NCBI GenBank assembly: GCA_025350905.1
Contig: JANXWY010000254.1
Coordinates: 365-64,364 of the forward strand
Direction: 5' to 3'
DNA: 64,000 nucleotides
Origin: Verrucomicrobiota bacterium
Lineage (GTDB): Bacteria > Verrucomicrobiota > Verrucomicrobiia > Limisphaerales > JADLHS01
How positions within the stretch are numbered: position 1 is the stretch's first letter; each line of letters starts with the position of its first letter. This document shows positions 17,442-27,391 of this stretch, one piece after another. The position numbers were made by a program, and so were the translations under genes. Below the pieces are notes generated by a model. The model was not told the DNA's origin and made no database searches. It saw only the letters and a list, made by a program, of their open reading frames with translations.

Positions 17442-19037
17442 TCAAACTGGGCGCAACACGTTGCCAGGCTGTTCTTCCAACGCAAGTGCCGCCAGAAAGC
17501 CCGCGGCTTTGGCAAGGGTCTCTTCATATTCCGCCGCCGCGACGGAATCTGCCACGATCCCCGCGCCGACGTGGAAATAGGCCGTGTCGGCTTTGCGGAT
17601 TGCCGTTCGGATGGCAATGCTCAAATGACTCTCGCGATTGAAACCGAGATAGCCGTGGCAACCCGTGTACGGGCCGCGCGCCAGCGGCTCCAGTTCATCG
17701 ATGATCTCCATCGCGCGAAACTTCGGTGCGCCCGTGATGCTGCCGCCGGGAAAACACGACGCCAGCGCCGCGAAATGTGTCACGTCCGTTCGCAACCGGC
17801 CCTCGACCGTCGAGACGAGATGCTGCACCTGGGCGAAGCGTTCCAATTTGGCCAGCTCCGGCACTTGCACCGAACCGTATTCGCAGACTTTGCCGAGGTC
17901 GTTGCGCAGCAGGTCGGTGATCATGACCAGTTCGGCCAGTTCCTTCGGGCTGGTTTGGAGTTCGTACGCCAGCTGGGCATCGCGATTGGCATCGGACGAA
18001 CGCGGGCGCGTGCCTTTGATGGGCCGGGTGGTGATGTGCGATCCGCTTAGGCGGAGAAACTGTTCCGGCGACGAAGAGGCGATTTGAAAATCGCCGCAAT
18101 CCAAATACGCGGCGAAGGGCGCGGGTGAAACGGCGAGCAAACGCCCGAACAATTCCCAGCCGGAGGAGGCGCAAGGCGCGGCGAGGCGTTGCGAGAGGTT
18201 CACTTGGTAAATATCTCCGGCGCGAATATACCGCTGGGCGCGGGTGACGGCGGTCAGGAACGCGGAGCGGGAAAAGTTTGAGCTGACATCCCCCTCACCC
18301 CCCTCACCCCGGCCCTCTCCCCCTCGGCGGGGGCGAGGGAGGGGCACCCGCGCGGCGGCGCAACGGCGTGGGCCATTTGAATTCTCTCCGGCGGGCGATG
18401 CATTCTCCCTCTCCCTTTCGGAAAGGGAGAGGGCCGGGGTGAGGGTTTGCGTTTTGTCGTCGTTAAGCAGCGTTTGCCAAAACTCCACTTGCATCCGCGC
18501 CCGTGATTCACTCCGCGAACCGTCGACGCTCAAACCCGTCGCGACGACACAAGTTTTGCCCAGGCGATGATCGAACACCACGAGGCTGGCATAGAAGCCC
18601 ACCTGGCAATCGGGCAGCTCGAGATCGTTGATCGCGCGGCGCGGGAGTTTCGGTTCGGTGAAATTTTTCAGGTCGTACCCCCAGAAACCAAAGCAGCCGC
18701 CGAGCGGGAACGGCAGATCAATTTCGTCCAGCAATTCGTAGCGGGCCATCAAGGCGTCCAGTAGATGCCAGGGGTTGCCAAATTGGAGATCGCGCCGCTC
18801 CCCGCCGCGAATCTCGCAGCGGGAGCCAAACGAACGAAACGTCAGGAACGGCTGGGCAGCTATGAAGGAATACCGCGCCTGTGCCGAATCAAAACCGGCG
18901 CTGCGCAGCAAAACGATCCCCTCCCGCCCGGCGAGTTGGGCGATGAACGACTCGGGTGAATGAGTTGTAGCGATCTGTTGAATGAGCGGTCGCATAGCCG
19001 GATTCAATTCCGTGCCGGAGTCGGGCGACCGGGGCAA
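17442..19037 (-). CDS. pabB: aminodeoxychorismate synthase component I (anthranilate synthase I family) carrying an in-frame repeat insertion
   Basis: GDIYQVNLSQR, PGGSITGAPKFRAMEIIDELE and RGPYTGCHGYLGFN motifs. About 52 extra residues (QTLTPALSLSERERENA...GEGRGEGGEGD) are encoded by the repeat at 18289-18445. Confidence 0.85.
   Translation of the reverse strand: MPRSPDSGTELNPAMRPLIQQIATTHSPESFIAQLAGREGIVLLRSAGFDSAQARYSFIAAQPFLTFRSFGSRCEIRGGERRDLQFGNPWHLLDALMARYELLDEIDLPFPLGGCFGFWGYDLKNFTEPKLPRRAINDLELPDCQVGFYASLVVFDHRLGKTCVVATGLSVDGSRSESRARMQVEFWQTLLNDDKTQTLTPALSLSERERENASPAGENSNGPRRCAAARVPLPRPRRGGEGRGEGGEGDVSSNFSRSAFLTAVTRAQRYIRAGDIYQVNLSQRLAAPCASSGWELFGRLLAVSPAPFAAYLDCGDFQIASSSPEQFLRLSGSHITTRPIKGTRPRSSDANRDAQLAYELQTSPKELAELVMITDLLRNDLGKVCEYGSVQVPELAKLERFAQVQHLVSTVEGRLRTDVTHFAALASCFPGGSITGAPKFRAMEIIDELEPLARGPYTGCHGYLGFNRESHLSIAIRTAIRKADTAYFHVGAGIVADSVAAAEYEETLAKAAGFLAALALEEQPGNVLRPV
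18289..18445. repeat. family-1 TIR mini-element (~157 bp) inside pabB
   Basis: The left arm cctcaccccggccctctcccc... and right arm ...gggagagggccggggtgaggg are inverted. The 48 nt at 18401-18448 differ at one position from 50172-50219. Confidence 0.8.
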
Positions 19038-19103
19038 ACGGCGCCGAACGGCCGCGGGTGCTCCGCCAACCGATCTTCGGGGGGGCTTCTCATCTCGTTC
19101 CCT

Positions 19104-19886
19104 CTATGCCTGCGGCGCGCGTTTCGTCTGCGCCGTGTTCCAAAGCAGCCAGGTCAGCTCGTCGGCAAATTCCTGGCGGTTGGGGTAACCGCGCACCAAA
19201 TCCGTGCCTTCGCACACATCGCGGGCGCCGCGATTCAGGAGGGCGCCGGGCGCGCGCTTGCCGATTTCACGCACCAGCCACACAAACTTTTCCACCATCG
19301 AATAATCGGGCCGGTCGAGCGCGTACTTGAAGGGAAATTCGTCGGCATTGACTTCGTAACGGGTCACGCCATCCACGAGCAGGATCTCCAAAATCAATTG
19401 CGGTCCGGCGGGCACCTTGCGAGCGGGATCGACGGTGCGTCTCGGCCACTGGCTGAAAAACGGCTGCGGCGCCGTCGTGGCATGCTCGCTCCGGGGATGG
19501 CTCGTTTCGTCGCGCCGCACTGCGCCCGCCGCGACCAAAGCCATCGCCCGCCACGCCACCGCGGTGGGCTGTCCGCGCAGATCATAAACCTCGAGCGCCA
19601 CGTCGGTCAGGGTCAGCCGATGCAGCCGTTTACTTTCCGGCAGGAGTTGCAGCTCGCCCTCCGCCACGATGGCCGCCGCGACGCCCTCGGCCTGCAACGC
19701 GCGGTGAAACGCCCGGGCCGTATCCGCGCTGAGTTGGCGCTGGAGTATGCCTTGGGCGTTGGCGGCCAGGCGCACGGCATCCGCGTCGGTGAGATGACTG
19801 AAAGAACGGAACGCGCGCCGGATTTGCTCCGCCGTCGGGCGGGCGGCATCTCTTTGCAGAACGGCGTAAAGAGCGGAGACAGTCAT
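19104..19886 (-). CDS. hypothetical protein (260 aa)
   Basis: ORF fits tightly between the LOG gene and pabB on the same strand and has a plausible composition. No family recognised. Confidence 0.5.
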   Translation of the reverse strand: MTVSALYAVLQRDAARPTAEQIRRAFRSFSHLTDADAVRLAANAQGILQRQLSADTARAFHRALQAEGVAAAIVAEGELQLLPESKRLHRLTLTDVALEVYDLRGQPTAVAWRAMALVAAGAVRRDETSHPRSEHATTAPQPFFSQWPRRTVDPARKVPAGPQLILEILLVDGVTRYEVNADEFPFKYALDRPDYSMVEKFVWLVREIGKRAPGALLNRGARDVCEGTDLVRGYPNRQEFADELTWLLWNTAQTKRAPQA

Positions 19887-19897
19887 GCCCAGGATGG

Positions 19898-20581
19898 TTA
19901 GGAAAACGCCATCGGTACGGTTGCGGGCGGGCCGACCCGCTGGAGATATTCGCGGATCACGGCCACGGCTTCATCCACCTCGTCGGTGAGCGTGAGCAGT
20001 TTCAAATCGTCCGGGCCGATGAAAGCGTGGCGCCCGCCCAACCCGGTTTTCATCCAGCGAAGCAGGCCCGACCAGTGGCGTTTGCCGAACAAAATCAGCG
20101 GAAATTTCGGAATTCGCTCCGTCTGCACCAGCGTCAGCACTTCAAATAATTCATCCAGCGTGCCGAAGCCGCCGGGCAGGAAAACGAACGCGATGCTGTA
20201 CTTCACGAAACAAACCTTACGCGAGAAAAAATAGTGAAAATTAACCGGGAGGTTGGCGAAGCCGTTGCCCTTTTGTTCGTGCGGCAGTTCGATGTTGAGG
20301 CCCACCGACGTGCCCCGGCCCCGCGCCGCGCCTTGGTTCGCCGCCGCCATGATCCCCGGGCCCCCGCCGGTAATCACGGGCAGGCCGTATTTCGCGAGCT
20401 GTTCGCCGAGCCGCACGGCGGCCCGGTAATACGGGTCGCGCGGGGCCGTGCGGGCGGAGCCGAAGACGGTGACCGCCGGTTGGACGTGCGAGAGTGCTTC
20501 AAACGAAGTGACGAACTCGCCCATGATGCGCAGGATGCGCCAGGGATCCTCCTTGGTGAACGCCGGACCGTGATTGTTCAT
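19898..20581 (-). CDS. LOG family protein (TIGR00730-type nucleotide phosphoribohydrolase)
   Basis: From ATG 20581: ...VTVFGSAR...VITGGGPGIMAAANQGA...PGGFGTLDELFE. The upstream part of the ORF-track ORF overlaps the neighbouring gene and is Arg/Pro-rich. Confidence 0.85.
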   Translation of the reverse strand: MNNHGPAFTKEDPWRILRIMGEFVTSFEALSHVQPAVTVFGSARTAPRDPYYRAAVRLGEQLAKYGLPVITGGGPGIMAAANQGAARGRGTSVGLNIELPHEQKGNGFANLPVNFHYFFSRKVCFVKYSIAFVFLPGGFGTLDELFEVLTLVQTERIPKFPLILFGKRHWSGLLRWMKTGLGGRHAFIGPDDLKLLTLTDEVDEAVAVIREYLQRVGPPATVPMAFS

Positions 20582-20811
20582 GCGCGGTGAGGCTAACGCT
20601 GCGGCGGCGACGAAACAAGCGTGACGCTTGCGATTCGGTCGCTTCTTCCCGCCTCGGTGCGGGAGTCCATCACCTTCAATCTCCAATGCGAAACCTCGGT
20701 TCGCCATTGGTCGGGTTCGCTCGATCAGCGGCTGGAGGCCAGCGGGGGCAAGCGGGTGAAGGTCCAACGATTCCTCCCGGGACGGTGATGGATCGTCGCG
20801 CGGCGTCCGGT

Positions 20812-21603
20812 TTACGGCTTCTTCCGAAACACAATGACGTGCTGCTGTGGCAGCGTGCCAATGGTTTCGACCCATTCAAGCGGATGCAAGTTCATCTCCT
20901 GACGCACCTGCGCCTCGGTCATTTTGTGGACAAGTTTGATGGGGACATTGGGATCTTCGCCCCGAAACTCGACAAAGACCATGCGGCCCCCCGGCTTCAA
21001 CGCGCGGCACATGGCTGCGACCATTTCAAAGGGATGATCGAACTCGTGGTACACGTCGACCATCAAAATCAGATCCAGCGCCGCCGGCGGCAGTTTGGGA
21101 TCGGTGATCGTACCAAGCACGGGCTGGACGTTGAAGATTTTTTCGGCCGCCAATTTGTTAGTGAGAATGTCCAGCATCTCTTGCTGAATTTCCACGGCAT
21201 AGACGACGCCCCTCACCCCGTTCCTCTCCCCATCGGTTCGGGAGAGGGGGTCCGAAGGGCGGGAGAGGGGACCACCAACGGCCTTGGCCAGCCGGCGTGT
21301 GTAATAACCCGTCCCGGCGCCGATGTCCGCGACGGCATCGCCCGGGTGAAGTTTCAGCGCCGGGACGAGCAAATCGGGTCGCTCCTCCCGCTCACGTTCG
21401 GGCCGTTCCAGCCAATCGGCCGCCTGATGCCCCATGACGTGCGCAATCTCGCGGCCCTGGTAAAACGTACCGATCCCGTTCGGGTCATGTTCGGCCTTCG
21501 TTTCGTACCGCGGCGGTGACGCCGGCGAATTGGTCGGGCCGGTGTCAGCCAGGATGGTGATCGTCACGATGAGGAACGCGGCGATGAAAAGTGGTGGTTT
21601 CAT
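20812..21603 (-). CDS. class I SAM-dependent methyltransferase with N-terminal signal/anchor and an in-frame repeat insertion
   Basis: Motif I VADIGAGTGYYT. The usual short stretch before YAVEIQ is replaced by GGPLSRPSDPLSRTDGERNGVRGV, encoded by the repeat at 21209-21271. Confidence 0.8.
   Translation of the reverse strand: MKPPLFIAAFLIVTITILADTGPTNSPASPPRYETKAEHDPNGIGTFYQGREIAHVMGHQAADWLERPEREREERPDLLVPALKLHPGDAVADIGAGTGYYTRRLAKAVGGPLSRPSDPLSRTDGERNGVRGVVYAVEIQQEMLDILTNKLAAEKIFNVQPVLGTITDPKLPPAALDLILMVDVYHEFDHPFEMVAAMCRALKPGGRMVFVEFRGEDPNVPIKLVHKMTEAQVRQEMNLHPLEWVETIGTLPQQHVIVFRKKP
21209..21271. repeat. family-1 repeat arm(s), 63 bp, inside the methyltransferase CDS
   Basis: cccctcaccccgttcctctccccatcggttcgggagaggg... 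shares the cctcacccc/ctctcccc/gggagaggg blocks of family 1. Confidence 0.65.
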
Positions 21604-21693
21604 TTTGTGACCGATAGATGTCTAGTGCCAGGGTCGCGCGTTGGCAAGCTCGGCCTTCCCTCCCGGCGGCGCTTCGCGCATCCTGTCCGCCTG

Positions 21694-22641
21694 ATGCCGC
21701 TTCATGAAACGCATTTTAAAGGCTGGGCTAAACCCGGCCCGGTTGCGCCCGCACTCGGAGCGCCGGCCGCCGACCCGGCGCGAAGGGTGAGCGTTCCAGC
21801 TTCCGTGACTTCGGAACCTGCGCTGGTGGGTGAATTCCAACGCGCCGGATCGGTGATCGGCGCTCCGCTCGTGGTTGAACCGCACGAAACCCTCGATGCC
21901 ATCAGCGGTCACTTTCGTTTGTTTCAACTGCGCGATGGTCACCGTTTTTCCACCGACGACATTTTGACTGGGTGGTATGGCACGAGTTGGTGTCCCACGG
22001 CGCGCACCGCCCTTGATCTCGGCAGCGGGATTGGAACGGTCGGGATGATTTGCGCGTGGCGCTTGCCAGGGGCGCGGTTCGTGACCATTGAGGCGCAGGG
22101 CGAAAGCGTCGCCCTCGCCCGGAAATCCGCCCGCTACAACGGACTCACCGACCGATATGAAATCCGCGCCGGCGACTTTCGTGATGCCGCGGTGCTCGGG
22201 GGCGAGGAACGTTTCGATCTGGTCACCGGCAGCCCGCCCTATTTCCGGCCGGACGCCGGAGTGAAGAGCGAACATCCCCAGAAACTCGCCTGTCGTTTCG
22301 AATTGCGCGGCACGGTGGCGGATTACTGCGTGGCGGCGGCCCAGCATCTTGCCCCCGGCGGTTTCTTCGCGTGTGTGTTCCCGACCGAAGCCGCGCAACT
22401 GGCGCGCGTGGAAGCGGGCGCGCAGGCGGCGGGGCTGGTGATCGTGCGACGCCGGCCCGTGATTTTCCGCGAAGGCGAACCCCCGTTGATCGCATTGTTC
22501 GGCTTGATGCGGGCGGACGATTTGCCGGCGTGGTTTCGCGATCGAACCTGGGTGGAGCCCGAACTCATTATTCGCAGCCGCACCGGCGAGATTCACCCGG
22601 AATATTCAGCGGTGAAACTAGCCATCGGCTTTCCACCGTGA
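21694..22641 (+). CDS. SAM-dependent methyltransferase, TrmN6/YfiC-like (small-domain N6-adenine type)
   Basis: [26 protein letters not shown] and GSPPYF (an NPPY-like motif). The start is uncertain: the ORF opens at GTG 21607 and the ATG at 21694 was chosen. Confidence 0.65.
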   Translation: MPLHETHFKGWAKPGPVAPALGAPAADPARRVSVPASVTSEPALVGEFQRAGSVIGAPLVVEPHETLDAISGHFRLFQLRDGHRFSTDDILTGWYGTSWCPTARTALDLGSGIGTVGMICAWRLPGARFVTIEAQGESVALARKSARYNGLTDRYEIRAGDFRDAAVLGGEERFDLVTGSPPYFRPDAGVKSEHPQKLACRFELRGTVADYCVAAAQHLAPGGFFACVFPTEAAQLARVEAGAQAAGLVIVRRRPVIFREGEPPLIALFGLMRADDLPAWFRDRTWVEPELIIRSRTGEIHPEYSAVKLAIGFPP

Positions 22642-22723
22642 GCGCGGGCCGGCGCGTTGGGGGATGAAAAATCGGTTGTCAAAATCGTTTTGCGCCGACG
22701 GGCCCAACCCCATAAACTCACGC

Positions 22724-23950
22724 ATGTTCAAATTCATACGTGGAATCGCGTGCGGGATTTTTCTTCCCAGCTTGGTACTGGCGCTGACCGCTTCCGGGGC
22801 GGCATTACCCAAGGTGACGTTACGTGAGGTGTTCCCGGCGTTGGCGACGGAACGCCCGCTGTGGCTGGCGCAAGCGCCGGATGACTCGGATAGAATTTTT
22901 ATCATGGAGCAGCGGGGGCGCATTCTCATCGTGCGCCCGGGCAGCGATGGCGCGGAGGCGAAAGAGTTTCTGAACATTGTGGAGCGCAAGCCCTTTGCGG
23001 AGAATGAAGAGGGCCTGCTCGGCATGACGTTTCATCCCGGATTCAAAACCAACGGCCTGTTCTACGTCTTTTACAGCCAGCAAAATCCCAAACGCAGCGT
23101 GGTCAGTGAATTCAAAGTGTCGGCGACGGACCCGAACCAAGCCGATCTCGCGTCCGAGCGCATTCTGTTGGAAGTGCCGCGGCCCTATTGGAATCACGAC
23201 GGCGGGCAGGTGAGTTTTGGACCCGACGGGTTTCTTTATATTGCGCTTGGGGACGGCGGAATGTTCAACGATCCCCACAACAATGGTCAAAACACCGCGT
23301 CACTGCTGGCCAAGATGCTACGGATTGATGTCAACACGCGCTCGAAGTCCGGCGTTGGCGAAAACCGGAAAGAACTGGCGTACGGCATTCCGAAGGACAA
23401 CCCGTTTGTTGGCGAGCCGGAAAAATATGGAGTGCGCAAAGAAATCTGGGCCCTGGGGCTGCGCAACGTGTGGCGCTTCAGTTGGGATCGGGCCACGGGC
23501 GAATTATGGGCGGGCGACGTGGGGCAGGACGACTGGGAAGAAATTGACCTGATCGTCAAGGGCGGCAATTACGGCTGGTGTGTTCGCGAGGGTGAGCATG
23601 CGTTCAAACCCGGTCCGGAGGGGGCCCGTTTTGTGGAGCCGATCCTGGAGTATCCGCATCGGCCGGAGCAGATGGCCCAGGCGCGTTTCCCGACCCACAC
23701 CCCCGGCCTGAGTGTGACGGGCGGCTATGTTTATCGCGGGCAAAAATTTCCGGCCCTGAGGGGTGTTTATGTTTACGCTGACTTCGCTTTGGGCACGATC
23801 TGGGGTCTGCGCTATCAAGCGGGGAAGGTTAGCGAGCAAGGTACGTTGCTCTCGCAGCCAAAGAATGTTACCAGCTTTGCCGAGGACCGCGCGGGGGAAC
23901 TCTACGCGCTGACATACGATGGGAAGATTTATCAAATCACCGTGCCGTGA
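22724..23950 (+). CDS. PQQ-dependent sugar dehydrogenase (soluble GDH/sorbosone dehydrogenase family), paralog 1
   Basis: Signal peptide from ATG 22724 ([15 protein letters not shown]...), then [34 protein letters not shown] and [11 protein letters not shown]. Confidence 0.85.
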   Translation: MFKFIRGIACGIFLPSLVLALTASGAALPKVTLREVFPALATERPLWLAQAPDDSDRIFIMEQRGRILIVRPGSDGAEAKEFLNIVERKPFAENEEGLLGMTFHPGFKTNGLFYVFYSQQNPKRSVVSEFKVSATDPNQADLASERILLEVPRPYWNHDGGQVSFGPDGFLYIALGDGGMFNDPHNNGQNTASLLAKMLRIDVNTRSKSGVGENRKELAYGIPKDNPFVGEPEKYGVRKEIWALGLRNVWRFSWDRATGELWAGDVGQDDWEEIDLIVKGGNYGWCVREGEHAFKPGPEGARFVEPILEYPHRPEQMAQARFPTHTPGLSVTGGYVYRGQKFPALRGVYVYADFALGTIWGLRYQAGKVSEQGTLLSQPKNVTSFAEDRAGELYALTYDGKIYQITVP

Positions 23951-24041
23951 TGGCCGAACCGGTCTTTCCATTGGCGCGCGGATGAGTTCGCCGGTTTGAA
24001 ATCGCTTTGCACCGGCTGGGCCTGAACCGTAAGCTCGCGGC

Positions 24042-25268
24042 ATGTCAAAAATCTTGCGAGGGATCAGCGCTGGAATTTTCCTTCCCCTCCTGTTACTAAA
24101 TCTACCCTGGGCCGGGGCGGCCTTGCCCCCAGTGACCTTGCGCGAGGTGTACCCGGCATTGACCGTGGCGCGACCGACGTGGATGACGGAAGCGCCGGAC
24201 GGATCCGGCCGAATGTTTATCCTGGAGGAACAAGGGCGCGTCCTCATCGTTCGCCCAGGCAGCGAAGGGGCGGACGCCCAGGAGTTTTTCAATATCGTGG
24301 ACCGCAAGCCTTACGACAGCAATGCCGAGGGCTTGCTTGGTCTTGCCTTTCACCCGCAGTTCTCGACCAACCGGTTGTTTTACGTCTATTACAACCAGCA
24401 GAATCCGCGGCGGGGCGTGATCAGCGAATTCAAAGTTATGGCGGGAGACTCCAACCGCGCGGACCTGGCTTCGGAACGCATTATTTTGCAAGTGCCGCTC
24501 CCGTCGACAAGCAACCACGGGGGCCAGGTGAGTTTTGGCCCGGACGGCTTTCTTTATCTGGCTCTGGGCGAAGGCAGTGGCGGCAACGATCCCCACAATA
24601 ATGGCCAAAACACGGCGACGCTGCTCGCCAAGATTCTACGGCTGGATGTCAACACCCGGTCCGTTTCCGGGACCGGCGAGACGCGGAAGGAACTGCCCTA
24701 CGGAATTCCAACGGACAACCCGTTCGTCGGCGAGCCCGAAAAATATGGGGTGCGCAAAGAAATCTGGGCGCTGGGGCTGCGCAACGTGTGGCGCTTTAGT
24801 TGGGACCGCGCGACGGGCGAGATGTGGGCGGGCGATGTGGGTCAGGACGACTGGGAAGAGATTGACCTGATCGTCAAGGGCGGCAATTACGGCTGGTGCG
24901 TGCGCGAAGGCAGGCATGCTTTCAAACCGGGGCCGGACGGCGCACGGTATCTTGAACCGATCCTCGAGTATCCGCATCGACCCGACCAACTGGCCAAGGC
25001 GCAATTCCCCACCCATACCCCGGGGCTGAGCGTCACGGGCGGCTACGTTTATCGGGGTCGACAATTTCCGAGCCTGGGCGGCGTTTATGTTTACGCCGAC
25101 TACGCTTTGGGCACGATCTGGGGGTTGCGCTATCGCGACGGTAAAATCATTGAGCAAGGCACGCTGCTGTCCCAGCCGAAGAATGTCGTGAGCTTTGCCG
25201 AAGACCACCGCGGGGAGCTTTACGTCTTGATGATGGATGGAAAAATTTATCAGGTCACGGTGCCGTAG
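24042..25268 (+). CDS. PQQ-dependent sugar dehydrogenase, paralog 2 (tandem copy)
   Basis: Same architecture as 22724-23950. A 66-residue stretch ([12 protein letters not shown]...GWCVREG) differs from paralog 1 at one residue. Confidence 0.85.
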   Translation: MSKILRGISAGIFLPLLLLNLPWAGAALPPVTLREVYPALTVARPTWMTEAPDGSGRMFILEEQGRVLIVRPGSEGADAQEFFNIVDRKPYDSNAEGLLGLAFHPQFSTNRLFYVYYNQQNPRRGVISEFKVMAGDSNRADLASERIILQVPLPSTSNHGGQVSFGPDGFLYLALGEGSGGNDPHNNGQNTATLLAKILRLDVNTRSVSGTGETRKELPYGIPTDNPFVGEPEKYGVRKEIWALGLRNVWRFSWDRATGEMWAGDVGQDDWEEIDLIVKGGNYGWCVREGRHAFKPGPDGARYLEPILEYPHRPDQLAKAQFPTHTPGLSVTGGYVYRGRQFPSLGGVYVYADYALGTIWGLRYRDGKIIEQGTLLSQPKNVVSFAEDHRGELYVLMMDGKIYQVTVP

Positions 25269-25476
25269 CGAGCGCGCCGAACTTCAGTTCCGCGCTCCGC
25301 TGCTCTCACCAACTGCATTGTTCATCGGCCTGCATTTTTTGTTCGGATTTTGGGCAAGGCCGGTACTCACACTTTTTGGGTGAAATAATCGCTTGAATCC
25401 ACAGGCGTCGGACTGTTACAAAACGCCCCGTTAACAACCAAACCTCTATACTCTATAAACCAAACCGGAAAACTAA

Positions 25477-26265
25477 ATGAAATCCAACGATTCCCCTACA
25501 AACCTACTCGTCTACAGCGTGCGTTTTGCGAGCATCCTGCTAATCGGGGCGACCATCGCCCAGGCGGCCGATTCCGCGCCCGCGGCGAAAAAAGGCTGGG
25601 AAACCACCGCGGCGGCGGGGTTGACCATCACCAGTGGGACCAAGGACACATTACTCATCACGGCAGGGCTTAATACCAGTCGCAAATGGGACCAGGACGA
25701 GGCAGCGTTCGGGATCAGCGGCGGCTACGGACAGGATAACAACAATGCCGCGAAACAGAACACGCCGAACGCCGAATTCCTCCAGGGTTTCGGCCAATAC
25801 AACCGTTTGTTCACCGAGAAGTTTTACGGCGGGCTCCGGTTGGATGCGTCGTCGGATGGCATCGCGGATCTGGCTTATCGGGTGACGCTCACGCCCTTGG
25901 CTGGCTACTACTTAATCAAAAGTACGAACACCACCTTGGCAGTTGAAGCTGGTCCTTCTTTGGTGACCCAACAGTATAACGGCCAGGACAACGACACCTA
26001 CTGTGGTGTCCGTTTTTCCGAACGATTCGAACATCAGCTCACCGATTCGAGCAAAATCTGGCAAAATGTATCCTACGTTCCCCAAGTGGACGACTGGCTG
26101 GGGAATTACAATGTCACGTTTGAAGCCGGCATCGACACCGCCATTACCAAAGACAAGAAATGGAAGTTACGCGTGGTGTTTCAGGACATTTACTCCAGTC
26201 AAGTGCCCGCTGGCATCGACAACAACGAGTTGCGCTTGGTCGCGGGCACGGGTTACACCTTCTAA
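25477..26265 (+). CDS. DUF481 (YdiY-like) outer-membrane beta-barrel protein
   Basis: Signal peptide, alternating beta-strand pattern, and a C-terminal ...LRLVAGTGYTF ending in an aromatic residue. Confidence 0.75.
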   Translation: MKSNDSPTNLLVYSVRFASILLIGATIAQAADSAPAAKKGWETTAAAGLTITSGTKDTLLITAGLNTSRKWDQDEAAFGISGGYGQDNNNAAKQNTPNAEFLQGFGQYNRLFTEKFYGGLRLDASSDGIADLAYRVTLTPLAGYYLIKSTNTTLAVEAGPSLVTQQYNGQDNDTYCGVRFSERFEHQLTDSSKIWQNVSYVPQVDDWLGNYNVTFEAGIDTAITKDKKWKLRVVFQDIYSSQVPAGIDNNELRLVAGTGYTF

Positions 26266-26360
26266 ACTGCCTCTCTGCCTCACTTGGAGGTGAGCAGCGT
26301 GGTAAGCAGCTCTGCTACGCGGGCGGTCGGCGATTCTTTTGGACGAGCGGTTCCCCGAGT

Positions 26361-26400
26361 CAGGCCGGGGTCGAAAGCGACCCCGGCCTGGTTTCTTTGT
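26361..26400 (+). terminator. rho-independent terminator after the DUF481 gene
   Basis: caggccggggtcg-aaa-gcgaccccggcctg hairpin followed by gtttctttgt. Confidence 0.65.
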
Positions 26401-26582
26401 CACGGACGAATTGCGCGGCCCGCTTAGTAGCTTCGATGGGTTTGAATAGGGACGCTCCAATTCAGACTGTTGGCCAGCGCCAGCCCTGCACGCTATCGTC
26501 AGAAATCTTGCGCCCGAGCCAGTCTCCGCAGCCGACCACTCAGGCCAGATTTTTGATTCCCCTGGCGTTTCAACACATGAAA

Positions 26583-26614
26583 ATGAAAAACCGGCAAGGT
26601 TGAATCCTTGCCGG
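26583..26614 (-). terminator. rho-independent terminator after the CxxC protein gene
   Basis: On the minus strand, ccggcaagg-attcaa-ccttgccgg forms a 9-bp stem followed by tttttcattt. It lies 25 nt after the stop codon. Confidence 0.7.
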
Positions 26615-26639
26615 TTGATAAAGTGCGGAATTAATTCGG

Positions 26640-27140
26640 TCAGCTCGCCAGGTCACGCTTGACGCTGGCTTCCAATTCCCCGCTGGCCTTGTCGTTCAGC
26701 CCGACGGAGGTCCAGGCGATCCGGTTTTTCTGCGCGTAGTAAATGGTGCGGCTCACGCCTTTTACGTTGTAGGCTTCGTCCCAATCCTTTTCCGCGGCCA
26801 CCACAACTGGGAAAGTGATCCCGTTTTTGGCGGCGGCGGCTTTAATGGCAGCGGTGTCCTTGGAATCGATGATCTGGGCGAACACACCAAGTTTGTTCTG
26901 GCCGCTTTGCAGCGCCTGGAGTTTCTTGAGGTCAGCCCAGAAGGCGGCATCGTTCAAGTTGCCGAAGGCCACGATCTTGGCGGCCTTGGCGCTGTAAGCG
27001 CAAACCTGGCAGTATTCCTTGCCGGTTTCGACGTTTTTGATGGTGTAGGGCGTGAGGCTGTCACCCGGTTTCAGAGCGGCTTGGGCGATGCTCGCCAGCG
27101 CAACGGCGGCCAACAATAGAGCGGTTTTTTTCATAGTCAT
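26640..27140 (-). CDS. secreted hypothetical protein with CxxC motif (thioredoxin-like fold suspected)
   Basis: Signal peptide MTMKKTALLLAAVALASIAQA and a single YCQVCAY motif. The family assignment is tentative. Confidence 0.5.
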   Translation of the reverse strand: MTMKKTALLLAAVALASIAQAALKPGDSLTPYTIKNVETGKEYCQVCAYSAKAAKIVAFGNLNDAAFWADLKKLQALQSGQNKLGVFAQIIDSKDTAAIKAAAAKNGITFPVVVAAEKDWDEAYNVKGVSRTIYYAQKNRIAWTSVGLNDKASGELEASVKRDLAS

Positions 27141-27391
27141 GATTAAGTTAATGGTGGTTAATTGACACCATGCGGAGATTTTAGTTCAACAATAGTTTCC
27201 GGCAAGGATTAGTTTTCCCAAATTCGAATGCGGATACCGCGGCGATGCTCGGTTTCGCTTTTTCGCTTCCCCCCATTGACGTTCGCGGTGCTGGCTTCCG
27301 CCTCCGAGATGGTAACGCGGAAAAAATTCCAGGCTTTGAGCGGGCCGAAATTATGTGAGGTGGAGCCTTCGCGACTCTCCCCCAAATGGAA

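Noticed and set aside
21622-22596. 324-aa minus-strand ORF
   Set aside because: It is antisense to the TrmN6-like methyltransferase, which has SAM and SPPY motifs.
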